Of a DNA stretch of 64,000 nt, positions 36,791 to 51,500 are shown piece after piece; the first letter of the stretch is position 1, and every line of letters starts with the position of its first letter. The notes under the pieces are model-generated. The model ran no database searches. It was not told the DNA's origin and was given only the letters and a program-made list of their open reading frames with translations. Origin of the DNA: the human T2T-CHM13v2.0 reference genome, Homo sapiens; assembly GCF_009914755.1 (NCBI RefSeq), contig NC_060929.1; one strand, given 5' to 3'. The position numbers were made by a program, and so were the translations under genes.

Positions 36791-39700
36791 TCCTGAAATA
36801 ACATAAATAATATTCCAGAAAACATATCTAAGGTCTCATTGGATAATTTCTTTACTGTGGGTATCATGCTCTGACAAAGAATAGAAATCGACCTTGTTTT
36901 ATTGGAAAGACAATCAAATTCCTAACAAACACTTTCCCTTAGTATCTGTCAAAAGCATGGCATATAGCTCAAAATACTGGGCTGCTACTCCTGCAAAAGA
37001 ATCAACCCAATTTGCTTGCACCAAAACTGCTGAAACAATGCTTGTGGTCTCTATTTGCTCTGGTAGGAAGACTTGGAGGAGAATTTCTAATACTCCTCAT
37101 CTCTGTAACTGTGGCCATCAGATAGTGGTTGGTACCACAGAGCTCACGTATGTCCTAGATTGGGTCAGCCCAGGCATAACTGGTTCTCAAGTGCAGAAGA
37201 AGCAGAATGCTTGATGGAGCCCACCATTGGACAGAGTGGCTTCCTTTAAAGGCCTGCATCTAATATCATCTCAAAACCCACTCCCTCAACTCAACTTACA
37301 GCTATTAAGCAACGTTTGAGAATGGTTTAGGGGATGCCAAAATCTTTACCTTCATCTCTGCATGACTAGACGAGAGAAAAGAAACTCACGAAGGTTCTTC
37401 TCCTTTATATTCCCGGGGTGAAAAGAGGGACTTGAGTTCATGTGTCATTCACCAAAGTAAGGTCCTGCTTTATAATAATAAAAGATGCCTAGCACAACAG
37501 TTCACTCAACAGAGCTCTGTGCTTATTGATCTGCTGAGTTGAACTGAATCTGCAAATCCATAGAATTACATGAGACATTTTAAGTTACATTAAATTTCTG
37601 CTGTGTGCTTTTAAATCATGGAGTGCGAGACCCATCAGCACTTAGGGTATATTTATTACCTTAACAAATGTCAGATGATTGTGTCCAGTGCTATCTATTA
37701 TTTATGAATAACAAGAGGCTGTAAGACTGGAAATGACATGCTTTAATACGTCCAAAAGGTTAGGCATAATGCAGTTTGCTGCCCTATAAATTTCTCGACA
37801 CCATTTTCCTTTCTAATAAAGCATTGTCAGTGGTTGACTATACCGAACTTCCATTATTTCTATACTGTTCATAATGACTGCCTCTGATTTCAGTAAAAAA
37901 GAAGTAATTGCAGATATCTGTTTGAAAAGGAATGCATCCTTTTAAAAAATATGAAATTTAAAAATAATTGGAGTGGAAAAAAATTTATTACCCCATTAAA
38001 AATGAATCTCTTTACAAAGATAGTTGTCAGGCTGTAGACTTATAAGAGCTTAAGAAATATTAATTAAGGGTGACAAACCTTCACATTGCCTGTAATTGGC
38101 TTTCTGACACCAATTAAGATCCCATCTACTGTGCACCCAGTATATTTTAATATATCCACTACATTTCGGTAGTATACTTCAGGGCGTTTCCACAATTTAA
38201 AGTGCTAAGAGATTTACATATGATGAGGTTCACATGGCTCCTTTCAGTCCCTAGAGAAGCCCATACACTTTGCAAGAGTTTATCTATTACTTGCATAACC
38301 TGTATCTCCCTGGAACCAACAAATGAACACACCTTTTTCATCCTCTGTCTTTCCAGGATAATGGCATGCGTGATGTAGTTAGTTTGAGCAAGCCCTACGT
38401 AGTTTGAGGCCAGTCTCAGGTATAATGTCAAGAAAAGAGAAGCTATTCTCAGGAAATTACCTGATTTCCACTGTTTTGCCCTCTGTGGACTAGTTTGTCT
38501 ATGGAGCAGTGAAGTTTGCAAAGTAAAACTTCTAACAAGCCTTTTAAAAAAAACTTGGTGAAACTAGGCTATCAGAAAGAAAGGTCTGAGACAAAGCGGA
38601 TATTATTTTCCCACTTTTCCACATAATGCAAACTACTAATTGATTCTTCACAATTTTATCGTTAGGACAAAACAAAATCTAGATGAACACAGTGCCGTTG
38701 AACCAATTAAAGAGCAAATTTTTAACCACTCCAGATGTTCTGTTAATAAGATCACACTTAACCTAGTCCCCGTAGTCCTTGAAAGTTCCATTAAGCTGTC
38801 AGAAAACTTTGTCATTGTGTGTGTTTTTGTAGAAAAGATGGGAGAGAATGGAAAAAGAGACTGAGGGAAAAGGGTGGGGGTAAAGTGTCATGTCAAGTAG
38901 ATGCAGCTTGAAAAAGTGGCTAGAGATTAAAGGTGAGAAGCACCTCTAGAAGGTGAATTGATTTTTTTAATACCCTAAGGTTTAAGTTGGCGTTTTAAAA
39001 GCAAAAGTTCAAGTCTCCATAATCATAATTTAAGTCCTTCATTTTTTGAGAAAATGAATGTTAGGTTAAAAAATAAAAGGTTAGTGGTATCCCTAGAAAA
39101 GAAAACTCAAATACGGGTGTGCAAATTCAGGCAGGCAGAGAGATGAAACAGCTTTCTACATGGCTGACATTTAACTTTTTTTTTCCTGCTACCCTTTCCA
39201 CAATAATCTCATCAAGACCTTAGATAAATTCAGCAAGTTGTCAAAAGGATACAAAATTAATTATATCAAATCTACATCTATGCCCACACTACTGAAAGAA
39301 CAATTACAGCCTGCCACTTGGGCTTCTCGGCTCTGGACCCTCTCCCCCTGCACACGTTCAAACATGGAAACCCACATCATCCATTTGAGAGCCCAGCACC
39401 TGACTTGCTCACAATATCATTTTCCTCAGTCCCTCAAAGAAAAGACGGAGACTACATATAGATTCCTTTTCTCGTAGGTGACCAAGAAATATTAATATAG
39501 TAAAAATAAACAGTGGCATCCTGGATTATATTATTAATTAAGCCACCGTGCTCAGCTGAACCCCACTGTTTTAACTAAAGAGAGGAAGAAGTCCAAGTTT
39601 GGAGTTCAGCTTGCCTGGGGTTTTACCTAGGATAGAGCTAGATAGGCAAGAAGCATCTACCAGGAAAATGCCAGCGATGTGTAGTAACAGACACTTCAGA

Positions 39701-39879
39701 TCCAAAATTGATGCAAAATTCCATTTCCCAAACTTATTGTGTACATGTAATTAATAACCTAATATGATTAAATGAACAATTTATTATATATGTATCACCT
39801 GTCAATCTTGCTATCTTTGTCTTTCCCCACTTCTACCCTCCTGTGGTCCTTTTCTTCCCAACGTCTACCTTCCCATCCT

Positions 39880-40370
39880 CCACTTCCTGTTGCTAAAGCC
39901 AAAACTCCTTGGCATGGCATTTAAGGTTCCAGGCTATGATTTCAATCTCATTTCCCATTCTAGTCGTCCATACACTTAGTCACCACACACTCCTTGCCTC
40001 TTTATTATTACACTCTGTAATTTCACAGTGTGGTATCTTGGTCATGGACTTTATTCAGCTTGGAATGCCCTTCCTCCTGTGAAATCTAACTTTTCCTTCA
40101 AGACTTTGCAAGGTCTTTCCTGTGTCCCCCACTTGGAATTAGTTGTGCCACCCCTTAGACTCCCTTAGTACTCTCCCTCCCCCTCTTTCCTTGACTTCCC
40201 TTACTGTCAGACTTCACTCTGCCCCAGCATTTAGATCACCTTTGGGTATCCCTCACTAAACTGTAAGCTGTCTGAATATCAGGTTTATGTGAAATTCAAA
40301 TTAGTATCTTCTGTAACACTCAGCATAAGGTTTACATATAGCACATGTTTGTTCAATTTCTGTTGAATGC
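39880..40370 (+). mobile_element. L2 3' fragment
   Basis: ctccttggcatggcatttaagg...cttggaatgcccttcc...tcaatttctgttgaatg. Confidence 0.7.
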
Positions 40371-41129
40371 AGGAAAAAAGAAACAAAGGAAAGGTTGCTG
40401 TCTTGCCTTTCTTTGAGATGAGATTGTCAGCATTATTAAACTATTATTTTTTAGTGCTTTCGGAATTCCAGTTCTACCCCTCCAAAGCCATGAAAATGAT
40501 AAAAAAATAAAAATAAAAATAAAAAGGAGGGCAGCCATATAATTTAGGAAGGAAAAAGGAATACATATGGTTAACATAACAGCTGTTAAAATTTTGAGGT
40601 TAAGTAAAACATAAAAGAACCAATAGTTTTAACCATGCTCCTCTTTAAGAACAATTTGATTTCTGAGCCTTCCTTACTTGAAAGTGGCATTTGAAAGCCT
40701 GTTTTCAATAATAATCTTTAAATTACTCTTTATCACATTTCAAACACATATATAATATTTCATAGACATTCTCTGAACTCAAGTATGCTAAGAATATTTT
40801 TCGTGGAATAAGATTTTTTCTTAAACATATCAGAATATGGATTATTCTAGACTTCTAAGAGTTAAAGGCCAAATGTAATATATAAATTAGATCTTATATA
40901 TTCACTGAGTAAGTTATCAGTGACATCTTCTATAGAATTGTCAGGTAGCAAAAAGTTTAAGTACTCTCAGTTAATTCGGATAAACAAAAATGTTTTAGTT
41001 AAAAGTATGTCCTATGCAATATTTGCGGTATATTTACACTAACAATTATTTAGTTTTGTTTCAATATTAAAAATATTATTCAGGTGTATCTGCAATTCAA
41101 ATAAACTGAGCATCCTGTATTTTGCCTAG

Positions 41130-41381
<252 letters not shown>

Positions 41382-44300
41382 TAATAAAAATGATGCTAAA
41401 TCTTTACTCTCTAAAAATTAAACTTTTTAATCTCTAAAAGTTTAGAGCAATAAAAATTATGATAAATCTTTATGGGGCGTGTATAGCACAATTTATAAAT
41501 AAAATACTGATGAACTAAATATTAAGAACTGTATTTTTCATAGTCAGCAACAATACCAGCTTATGTACCAAATTTCTTACGAACTTTGAAGATGCCTTTC
41601 CTCTAACCTTCAAAATCAGAAATAAGTGATCTCTAATTCAAAAGAGTTTTTGGAACTGTCACAATCAATTCACTATCTCTTCGCGTTCCTTGCCTCTGAC
41701 CATGCACGTTCTACCTGACTCAGTTAATTTTCCATTGTTGAGTGGAAGTGAAAACCCTTACCCTCCCATTATTAGTACTCCCCAAGACAGGAGCCCTTTT
41801 TCTGAAGTCTCCTTGAAACTGCCTTGCTCTACTCTCACATTTAAAAACGACTGCAATAGGATCATTTTTACTAATAAAAGGAATGCAAATTAGTATGAGT
41901 TTTTTTTTTCTTGAAATAAAGCTTAGGCTTAAATAAAAGCCTGAGTTTGCCAACACTCCCACAAAAATTTTAAATATGAGTCTTTTACCAAACATCCATC
42001 ACTTTCCTCGTCTTCCTTGTCAGGTGATGTGTTATTGCTACAATATTGGTACTGAGGGAAAGAACTGAAGGAAAGGAGCTGAAAAACTGTTTCACAGTTC
42101 TATGTCCTTGATGTGTTCAGCCAAGTTGTCTTTACTTGTCTAATATATTTTTTTAAAGTCTGTGGTGTGTGGTTTTGGCATTTCACAAAGAGAATGTTGG
42201 TCATAAAGGCCTTTTGGTGTGCTTTTGTGTCTACCTGTGTTCCATCTGTCTGGTGTTTGATATTTCTTGGACAGGAACTACGTCTATCTCTAATACAGCC
42301 TCTTACTCTTTATTGGCATCCAAATTGCACCACAGAGCCAGTGATAAATTCTGCTTGAGACACCTCAGAAAATGTTTTTGTTAACGGTAATATTACTGAA
42401 GAAATGGCAGAGAAAATTAAGCCCAAGTTTAAGAGTCAGGAAAAGAGGAGAGGCCTATTTTTCTTCCTTTATTACTGTCATCAGGAATAATTTTCTCTGT
42501 CCATAAAATCACTTACATATGACTTGATAGGAGCCAAAAAATTACCTTCTGTGTTGGGAGAACCAGGGTGCTTTAAAATCCCAAATCCATTAGATTTTAA
42601 GCATGGGAGAGTGTTAAAATGTAAGAGTAACCAGGGGGTAGGATCTATGATTAACTATACTCACCTAAAATGAGATTTCTCAGTCTGTTAATAAAGACAG
42701 CTGACACTGAAGGCTTGGAACTTAGAATAGGTAAAGTTTGAACGGGAGAAAAGGAGAAGGGTCAAGGGTAAGCTATTGCCAGGCCGGGCAACACTGTGTA
42801 GCACAAGAGTCCTTCTGGATATCAGCAAAATAGATGAAAAGTGGAAAGGCTTTTCATCAACTTTCCCTAGGCTACAATTTGAGTAATAACTAGCGGCAGA
42901 CCACACTAGGGTGCTTGCTGCTGGTGTGGAGAAAAAACTTGCCAGATGCTTAACAAGCCTAGAGTGGCTAATTTCTTATTAGTCTAAATCCATGTTACTT
43001 TAAATTTCTATTTCATGAAACTTTCCATCCCCAAACACAAAGCTCAGTAGGTAGCAAAGAAATCAGAAGGGCACTGGATTGTATAATTACAACACTTGGA
43101 GTGACGCATGTATTCACTTGGTTTTGCAAGCCCAGCCAGGAGAGGGTATAGTGGTCATCAAACCTCATTCTTCCAAATGTCAGAACAAAGTTCTTGGTAA
43201 TAGTTTAATCTTCACTGGACTCCTTCAATTGCTACAGTACATAGTCACCTAAACTTTGGTCATTCAACTACCAATACTACAATTTTAGTCATAACAATGA
43301 ATCTCACCTACCATATTATTTACTTAGTATTTTTATATCCCTCATAACTCCTGCATTATTTACTTAATATTCTATTTAAATTACCTTTAAAATGTATTTC
43401 AAAGGGAAACTTGATATCATTATCACAAATAAAAAAAAAGTGTCACTTTTCAACGATAAAATGTAACCAGTAAAACAAAAATTAACTTAAAGCAAAACAA
43501 TGTTAATTCCAGCTAGATCCAGTTGGAAGACAAAGCCCCAGTGTAAACCCTATTCTCTCTTTGTCAAAAAGAGATAGTAGCAAGTTTAGGGAGTTGTTAA
43601 TGAGAAAACACCAAACTGAGACTTTTCCTTTCACATAATCAAGAAGATAACGCAGAAGACTGAAAGAGCATTGAAAAGGGCATAAATTTCCACCACATGA
43701 CTCAATACTCTTGAAGGCCATCACATCCCTGCCACCTAAATCATGCCATGTAAGGTGCTACTCATCTCCCTCGGAGGAAATACTGCTGTAGGCTACTGCA
43801 AATTTAAAGAATAAATAATTAACTATAAAGAGAATTATTGATAACATCTGTGATTTATAAAATTCCATTTAGGATTGTGAGATGTGGACAATACTAATCA
43901 TCTTTATAGATCTTATGAATCTTACCGGAATATTATTTCCCAAACTAAAAACTGCTTATACAAATAGCTTGTACATTGATTAAAATATATTCAACATTTG
44001 CTATCCATTTTAGCTTATTCACTTAATCTCTAATTTAAATTCTGTTTCTGTAATACATCTTATTCTTGTCTTTAATGTGCATATTTTCTGGACTAAATGT
44101 AATAATGTGATAATATCTCACTTTAAAGATTTCCCAAAAGATAGAAGCATACTACAACTCTGGCATTTCTGATTAAATGGGAACTGCTCTATATTTACTA
44201 TTTTGTCTGTTTTCTGAGAGCTCACAAGAACTCTTTATTATAAAATAAAGTCTGAAGTAGGGGATTTTTATTCTATTCAGGATATATTCTTGTGTCCTCA

Positions 44301-46523
44301 TAGCAGTGGTCAGCATTTACATTTTATGTGTATGCTACACAGCTCTCTTGGCTGCTCTGGATGTGGCTGATTTCCTTACATACCTCATAGACTTCTTGGA
44401 AATCAGCTTTAAAGTATTGTTACTTTTGGTAAGGAATAAGAGGCACAAGAATAGCTATTTGTTCTCAGTATTGTTTAACCTAAAAAAGAAAGCTCTTATT
44501 TCTTTTGCTGTGGGAAGCGGTGGTGGAGAATAAGCCAGATCTAAAAATAAACTGGATTTTCTTTCTTATTTATATGTGATTAGAGCCCCTTTGTAACTAC
44601 CCATTACGACCTCAATAGTTATAGGAGGAATAAATAATATGTATTTTTTAATGTGGCAAAACCAAGACAGAAGTAGTCAGGGCTGCATCTCATTTATCAA
44701 CTTGGTGATTAAAGGGCTCGCTCTAGAGGCTCCAGACATCTAGAGAACCAGAGATAAAACAGAGCAGTTGGCTGTGTTTTTACTAATGAATCCAGGGCTT
44801 GAAAGATATCAGGCAATTTTAAAGAAAAGCAGCAAGGACAAGAGACATTAGACAAGGCCAGTAGGGTAATGAAGGGCAAGGCCAGTTACTGAGAGAGAAA
44901 ATTACTTCATTTTCTATGATAATGCTTCCGCGTGCTGTGCAGGTCTCTTCTCACGCTTTGTTAGTATGACTGTATATACATACAGCATCAGAATGCTACT
45001 CACGGTGTAGAAGGAAAGAGCCTTGGAACATTCCACAGAGGGGCAGAGGGTTTGGGTCTGTTATTTTGAAAGGGGGAGGCTAAGAACAATGGTAGCAGAA
45101 GGGGGTTAGGCTGCAAGGTGAGGAAGGGTGTTTCGACAGAATGTGAGGGACGCACAGGATTAAATCAAGACGAAAGACATAGCAAGGAAAAGAAAGAAAA
45201 ACGCAGCAAACATACTCTGGAAATGGAGAATTGTTTGGAGGATGAAGTGGACAAAGAATGGGACCAGCTCACTGGCAGTCAGCATATCTGCAGAGTAGAG
45301 CCATGGGCATGCCTTGCTCACTGGCATTTTTACCAGTGGCCAAAATAAAATGGGCAATGGACACTTGACTCCTCAGTGAGCTGGTCAGCGGGCACATTTT
45401 CTGCTTAGTGAGGAAATGTGATGGATTTTAGAAACAATTCCAGAGTATATTTAGCTCCTAAAGCTGGGGCACACAAATGTCACATTCTCATGAGACAATC
45501 GACCCAGTAGAAAGAGCACCCGTCACAGGCCCTTAGAAAACCCATGAAACTCTTGCATCCCGGGAGATGCTGCATACACGGATGTGACATCATTAAGGCA
45601 CCGACATCAGGGAATGAAAAGAAGCGAGGGCATCACAGATTCGTTCAAGTTAAGGGACGCCATCATGAGTCAGAAAAGGAACAAGACTTTTCCAACGGAG
45701 TAATGCCATCACTAAGTCATAACACAGTGCTTGGCAAAATGAAACAAAAGTTGAAAATAAATCATGAACATTAAACAAAAAACAATTTGGAGCAAAATGG
45801 AAATTAAAATCATAAAAACTATGATAAAAGGAACATTAAGCTACATCTTTTCTTTAAAATTTCTGCACAACAACTCATTGGCATTGCCCCATCAAACATA
45901 CAACCAATCACAGAAAAGAAACTCAAATTTGACAGGGCAAGGCAAGGAGTTACTAGCACAAGAACAGTGATCATGTTAAACACCCATGCAGTCACCTCTG
46001 CCACCATTGTTTGACAATATGTAGACTGCTTCCAGCTTTGTCAGTATAATAAGACCCAAGAGAATGAACAATGCCGAATTTTAAAATGATGTGTCAAAGT
46101 GTTAAATGGACTTTTTGAGAACCTCCATTCCTTGGGGGGAGTTAACGATTAGAGAAAATTCACGCTACCCCTCTCAGTGAAATGAAAAGAAAATTACTGC
46201 AACCAACAGCTAGATATTTAGTTGGCATATTTAATGCTTTATTGGAAAGGCTGTTTTATTTTGTTTCAGAAAAAACGCAGTGGGCAAAAACAAAGTGATT
46301 TCTACTGAGTTTTCTCTTCTTGAGAATACAGTCAGGACTAGCACATCTGAGGTCAGGAGCCACACATAACAAATAATGGCATATGCTAAGGCTTGTAATC
46401 TGTCCGGACAGTTTCTCTTCTACCTGGAGCTTTCTCGGGATGAAAAGAGCAGGGAATCCCTCAAACTGAAAGAAGGAGATGAGACAAAACCAGCTTAAAA
46501 AAAAAAAAAAAAAAAAAAGATTT

Positions 46524-46828
46524 GGCGGGAGCAGCAGCTCAAGCCTGTAATCCCAGCACTTTGGGAAGCCGAGGCGGGTGGATCACCTGAGGTCAGGAGT
46601 TCAAGACCAGCCTGGCCAACATGGCAAAACCCTGTCACTACTAAAAAAAAAAATACAAAAATTAGCCGGGCATGGTGGCGGGCACCTATAATCCCAGCTA
46701 CTTGGGAAGCTGAGGCAGGGAGAATCTCTTCAACTTGGGAGGCGGAGGTTGCAGTGAGCTGAGATCGCACCACTGCACTCCAGCGTAGGCAACAGAGTAA
46801 GACTCCATCTCAAAAAAAAAAAAAAAAA
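46524..46828 (+). mobile_element. Alu (AluSx-like)
   Basis: Full-length; TSD (A)n-gattt on both sides. Confidence 0.95.
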
Positions 46829-48015
46829 GATTTGAGTCAGGGCTTATTACTAAGAGGAAGTCTATAGAAGAAAATAAAATCAGTTAAGAGGACACGCTCA
46901 AGAACAAGACAAAAGGGGCTCCATCTTTATATTTTGACTTGGCAAATAGAGCAGCAGAGTGCCCAGCACTCTCAGGAGATGAGAAGCAAAAAAGCAGATG
47001 AAAATGTAGCCTGAGAGTCTGACCGGAAAGCATTGTCTAAAAGTGAAGATGGAGATATGTATGCAGAACACTCTGGGGGAGGGTGCAATAGCGACTGTCT
47101 TCCAAGGGTCACAGTGGCTGCTCTGCCCTTGAAACTCAAACTCCCGCTTGGATGAAACTCTTGAAAACATATAGAAGTAAACAATTCTGAATGGGGAGAA
47201 ACAGCTCAGCAACATAACTGGGCTTTTCAGTCTCTGATTTACAAGACTGTTTTTTGGACAAGTAAAGGCCTCTTTGGTTGCAGCTGCAACTAAAGTAGGA
47301 TGTGTTACCAGAAGCAGCAAATGGCAAGAAAAGAGATGACATTTCCTGTCTGCAGCTAAGCAAAGAAAGCAAAGGAGAATTTAGGACAGTTCACAGTAGA
47401 GTCCCTTTCATTTAGTGTGGCTTCCTTTCCGTTGTAAATGCATAGCAATTCTGCTTGATTAAATAACATATTTTTGTCTTAGCTACTATCCTCTAAGGGC
47501 AATTACAGTACGTCTGAGGAACATGGCTCTATTCAAATTCAGCACCATGCAACAGTGAGAGATGCTACCAGCCAGAAAAGACTTTGTCCTGCTATTTCTC
47601 AATTCACTGATTAACAGGGCCTTTACTTCAATTGCATTCACTTGCCAAAGCCCGAACTGCATTCCATCACATTATGGTGGGAAAAGACGGTCCAAAAATC
47701 ACAGAATGAGACTAAGAAGAGTGGCAAGGGATGTCAGAAGCCAGCATCTGCTTCGGGCCAAGCCACACCTTTTTCGGGTAGAGGAAGCTCAGAGGACATA
47801 TTATTTGTTTTGTGTGGTTTTTCCTTGGTCAGAGAATAATTTAGGATCAAGCCTCACATAGAGGATGGGGTTGCAGTCTTTTTCGAGAAACTTTCAATCA
47901 TAGCGCATTGGAGGTTCCTTAAATGCTGCCAAAATTCAGCTGGAAGCAGTTACACAGTCCTCCCCACTTTTCCCTCCCTCTCCCCCGAGAGGAAGAGGCA
48001 TTTCCAAGGCCTTAC

Positions 48016-48180
48016 CCTTCTTGTCTTGGTGATTATGGGAAGACACTGCCCCCAAAGGGTCTGTGCTGTCAGGTGAGTCAAGCAGATGCTTCCAGTCCAG
48101 CATTCCTCCCCTAGACTCATACCCCTCTTGAGCCGTCGAATCTGATGTGGTTGTGCTGGGCAAGAGGGAACTGGAATGCC
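48016..48180 (-). CDS. SEMA6A: SEMA6A coding exon, Ser/Thr-rich extracellular stalk (GHSSSLLPSTTTSDSTAQEG...HNHQDKK)
   Basis: 165 nt, aaaacag / G|gtaagg, phase 1-1; inside ORF 47936..48229. Confidence 0.95.
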
Positions 48181-48315
48181 CTGTTTTCATCACAAATACA
48201 GTTAGGAAAACATCACCAGAGAGACCCACATTCCCTTTGCGCAGAGGCCTGGAGGTGGGACACCCAAGCTGGCTGTAAGACTGAGAGGAGATGGCCCTAG
48301 AAATGACACGGCTTA

Positions 48316-48348
48316 GTGGTGGTGGTGGTGGTGGTGGTGGTGGTGGTG
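48316..48348. repeat. (TGG)n trinucleotide repeat, about 11 units
   Basis: Direct reading. Confidence 0.9.
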
Positions 48349-48379
48349 TGGGGTGTGTTCAGCAGAAAGCCCATTGAAC

Positions 48380-48570
48380 TTGTAGTTAGAAAATGAAGGG
48401 CCAGATCCTATCTCTCATACTTGCTGGGTGGGCCTCAGGGAATCACTTAACCTCTTCCTGTGCACCCAGTGGGGATAAAGATACCTCTCGGTGTTGGGAG
48501 GATAGTGACATAATGGTGAAAGCATCTTGCACAGTGTCTGACACATAGGTGCTCAAGAAAGGCCAGTGTC
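48380..48570 (+). mobile_element. MIR
   Basis: tcacttaacctct...gcacagtgtctgacacataggtgctcaa. Confidence 0.65.
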
Positions 48571-51500
48571 CTTCTTTGATATTCCCATGGCAGCACTAAA
48601 CACAGAAAGTGTCCACTCTGGGAATCCCATTTGTGACCGATGGGGCAGGTTTCTGGTAGTGGGTAAGTCTTGTCCCTATCACAAGTAACTCAGTTACTCT
48701 GCACCCTTCCTATGGAGGTTCTACAGTGTGTCTAGTCTTCAGGTTCAACTCAACTTCACAGGCATTCCTCTTTCTGGGATTAGTTAGTGGTTTCCAAAGG
48801 GATCTATTCCCACTGTCTTTTCATTGGAATGGAGGCTTCAACGGCTACACGCTATTACGGCTGTCCCTTTTGTGTATTATTTCAATAGATGGTTTCCGTT
48901 TCTGAGGCTGCGTTGACTAAAATGATTCAAATTAGAAAAGGATAGATTTCTGAGGTTCAGATAAGCTACCATAGGATAATATGAGAAGAATGGCTAGGTT
49001 GAGAGTTACAGCAGAAACTCTAGCCATTTCCTGTGAATTCGTTTGTAAGCTCTCCCTCCATCATTCCACAAGGTTAAATACAGATTGTATCAGGTGCTTT
49101 GATCCAAGCTGGCACAATGATACCTGTTCTCTCTGGCAGAAATAAAATATGACCTCCTCGTGATTTTCAAGTGGAGTTATTGGCTTACACAGAACAACCT
49201 CTTGAACAATTTTTAAAAGATACAAGGGCAACTACTGTGCATGTATAATTGGTGCCTTTGGTGGAAAGTAGGGCAGACTCACAACAACTCCAAAAGCTCC
49301 AGCCTTGAAGTATGATCACCATGCACATGATAAATAAAATATTGGCCTCTAGAAAGACAGATTAAAAGAATAAGTACAGTGCATTCTTTTTTTTTTTTAC
49401 AATTATTATTGGAAGTTGGATTTCCCCCCAGGAGACTGTAATATTGCAAATTAGACAAAACATATATAACAAAGATAGCTTTTTATCTTCTTAAAACTTT
49501 GATTAGCAGGAAAAAGCAAGCCAAGTGGCTCGTCCATGCTATAGTGACTTCTATGGAGCCACCACACTTAAATGCTGCCACAAAGCTTTGGTAACATTGA
49601 AGAGGTCCCTTTCTGTATGGCACTTGTTTGGCTCTCACACAAGTGGGAAACATTCAATTTGTTGAAAATAGTCTGCTTCGTATCCAGCTGCTAAAAGCAT
49701 GTTCATTTAAAATTCAAGGAATGCTTTATTCTAGACTTTTTGTTTTTACATTTCTGAGGTTCACATCTCATGTCATGATACAGATAAGAGAACAGGGGAA
49801 GGAAAATCAGCCTGAGAAATGGAAATATAGAAGTTCCTTTATTTCCTTTCAGCTTACATTGAGGTCTAAAACATAACTTTTTTTTTTCCACTCCTGAATT
49901 CAAGACTACTTTAATAAAATATATGGTCAGCCTAAGAGAAAATTCAGTGCCCAGCATAAGCAAATAATTAGAAATAGCTTTGTAGGGAGTTAGAAAGAGA
50001 AAGTGGGGAAGAATAAAAAATACCTCCCCTCCAAGTAGCAAGATTTCTTTTACCTGAATTGATATGCATTTTGAGCACTTTCAATTTAACTGTGTTCAAG
50101 AGGCAATTTTATGGTAATGCCATAAGTATGGTTTAGGGAGAACATTTCTTAATACGGTAATCTAGGGGAAATATATGCCTAAGGGACACATTCTCTGTAG
50201 AAAGATTTCCTGGCCCATATGCTGTGAATACATGGAAAACTCATTGGTAATGGAAAGCTATGGCTATGAGAGGAAATTAATGTGGACCAGATGGTAGTTA
50301 GGTAAGAGAATGTTTTACACAAATATGAGAAATCAGTCTCTTCTTCCTATCACTGAAGTGTTAGTCTAATACCCACCACATCTCGATTTTCTATATGTAA
50401 ATCTAGAGAAACCATGCATCTGATTTACTGGAAAGAAAAAACTGAGCAGCATGAGGTTTGTAATCTTTTAAACTTATGCTTGAGGATAGGAAACACGTGC
50501 CAGTGGTGAATTAAACAGTCAGAGAAAGCAATACCTGACTCTCAAAAATTTTAGAACCACCCTGTAAAAGCACCATTAAGCAGCAGTCCTCAGTTTGAAT
50601 TCAAAGATGTGTTATTACCTCTCCAAGCTTAAAAAAAAATTACAAGGAAACCACTTATATTCCATCTTCTAGTCTGATTTTTAAGGTTGTATTATTTTTG
50701 TGCATTCCCTAAGAGACTTTGCAACCAAAATAATGCTACAAAAATAGGCAAACATTTGTGGATGTGATATCATATGTCAATAGATTTGGAATCTATATTT
50801 TTGTCTTATCAGTCCAATAAGAAAGGTCACCTTTTAATCAATGGAGCTTATGCTTTATCATTCTCATAAAATACAAATAAATAGGTATATTTTGAAAGTT
50901 AACGTTAATGCATCATATTGTTTCTCTATATCTACAAGTCATTGTAATTCCAGAGGTTAGATACCCTTCATACTACTCTAACCTATTAACAATGTTTGTA
51001 GACAATTAGACACAAAACAGAGACACTAAATCAATACAAGAGAGGAAGAGAGAAGGAAAATAATCAGGGCCCAATTCACTAAAAGGGATTCTTGCATATG
51101 TAACTGGTGTGATACAGAGCTTTTGACAAGCAGAAACTCTGCATCGTTTATTGAAATGATCCCTTTTCCTGGGTTGGGCAGTTCTGGTTTTGTAGTTGGC
51201 TCTATGAGCCTACACTCAGCCACAGAGTGCAGGACATGCAGAGGATACAGCTAGAAACAGTGTGCATGCACTTTTTACTTTGGAATTGGCTTTCTTGTCT
51301 ATATCCATGCTCATACAATTAGCAATTTGTTTCTTCTTTCGATGCTACAAATACAGTGCCCAGTACAGTGCCTAGGACACAGTAGTTGCTCAACAAGTAT
51401 TTGCCGAATGAATTAGTGAAATCTATTCTGGGTTTATTAACTCCAAAATTAACATCCCTTGCAATGGTTTATTTTAAAAAGTTGCCAATATTTTTGTAAG

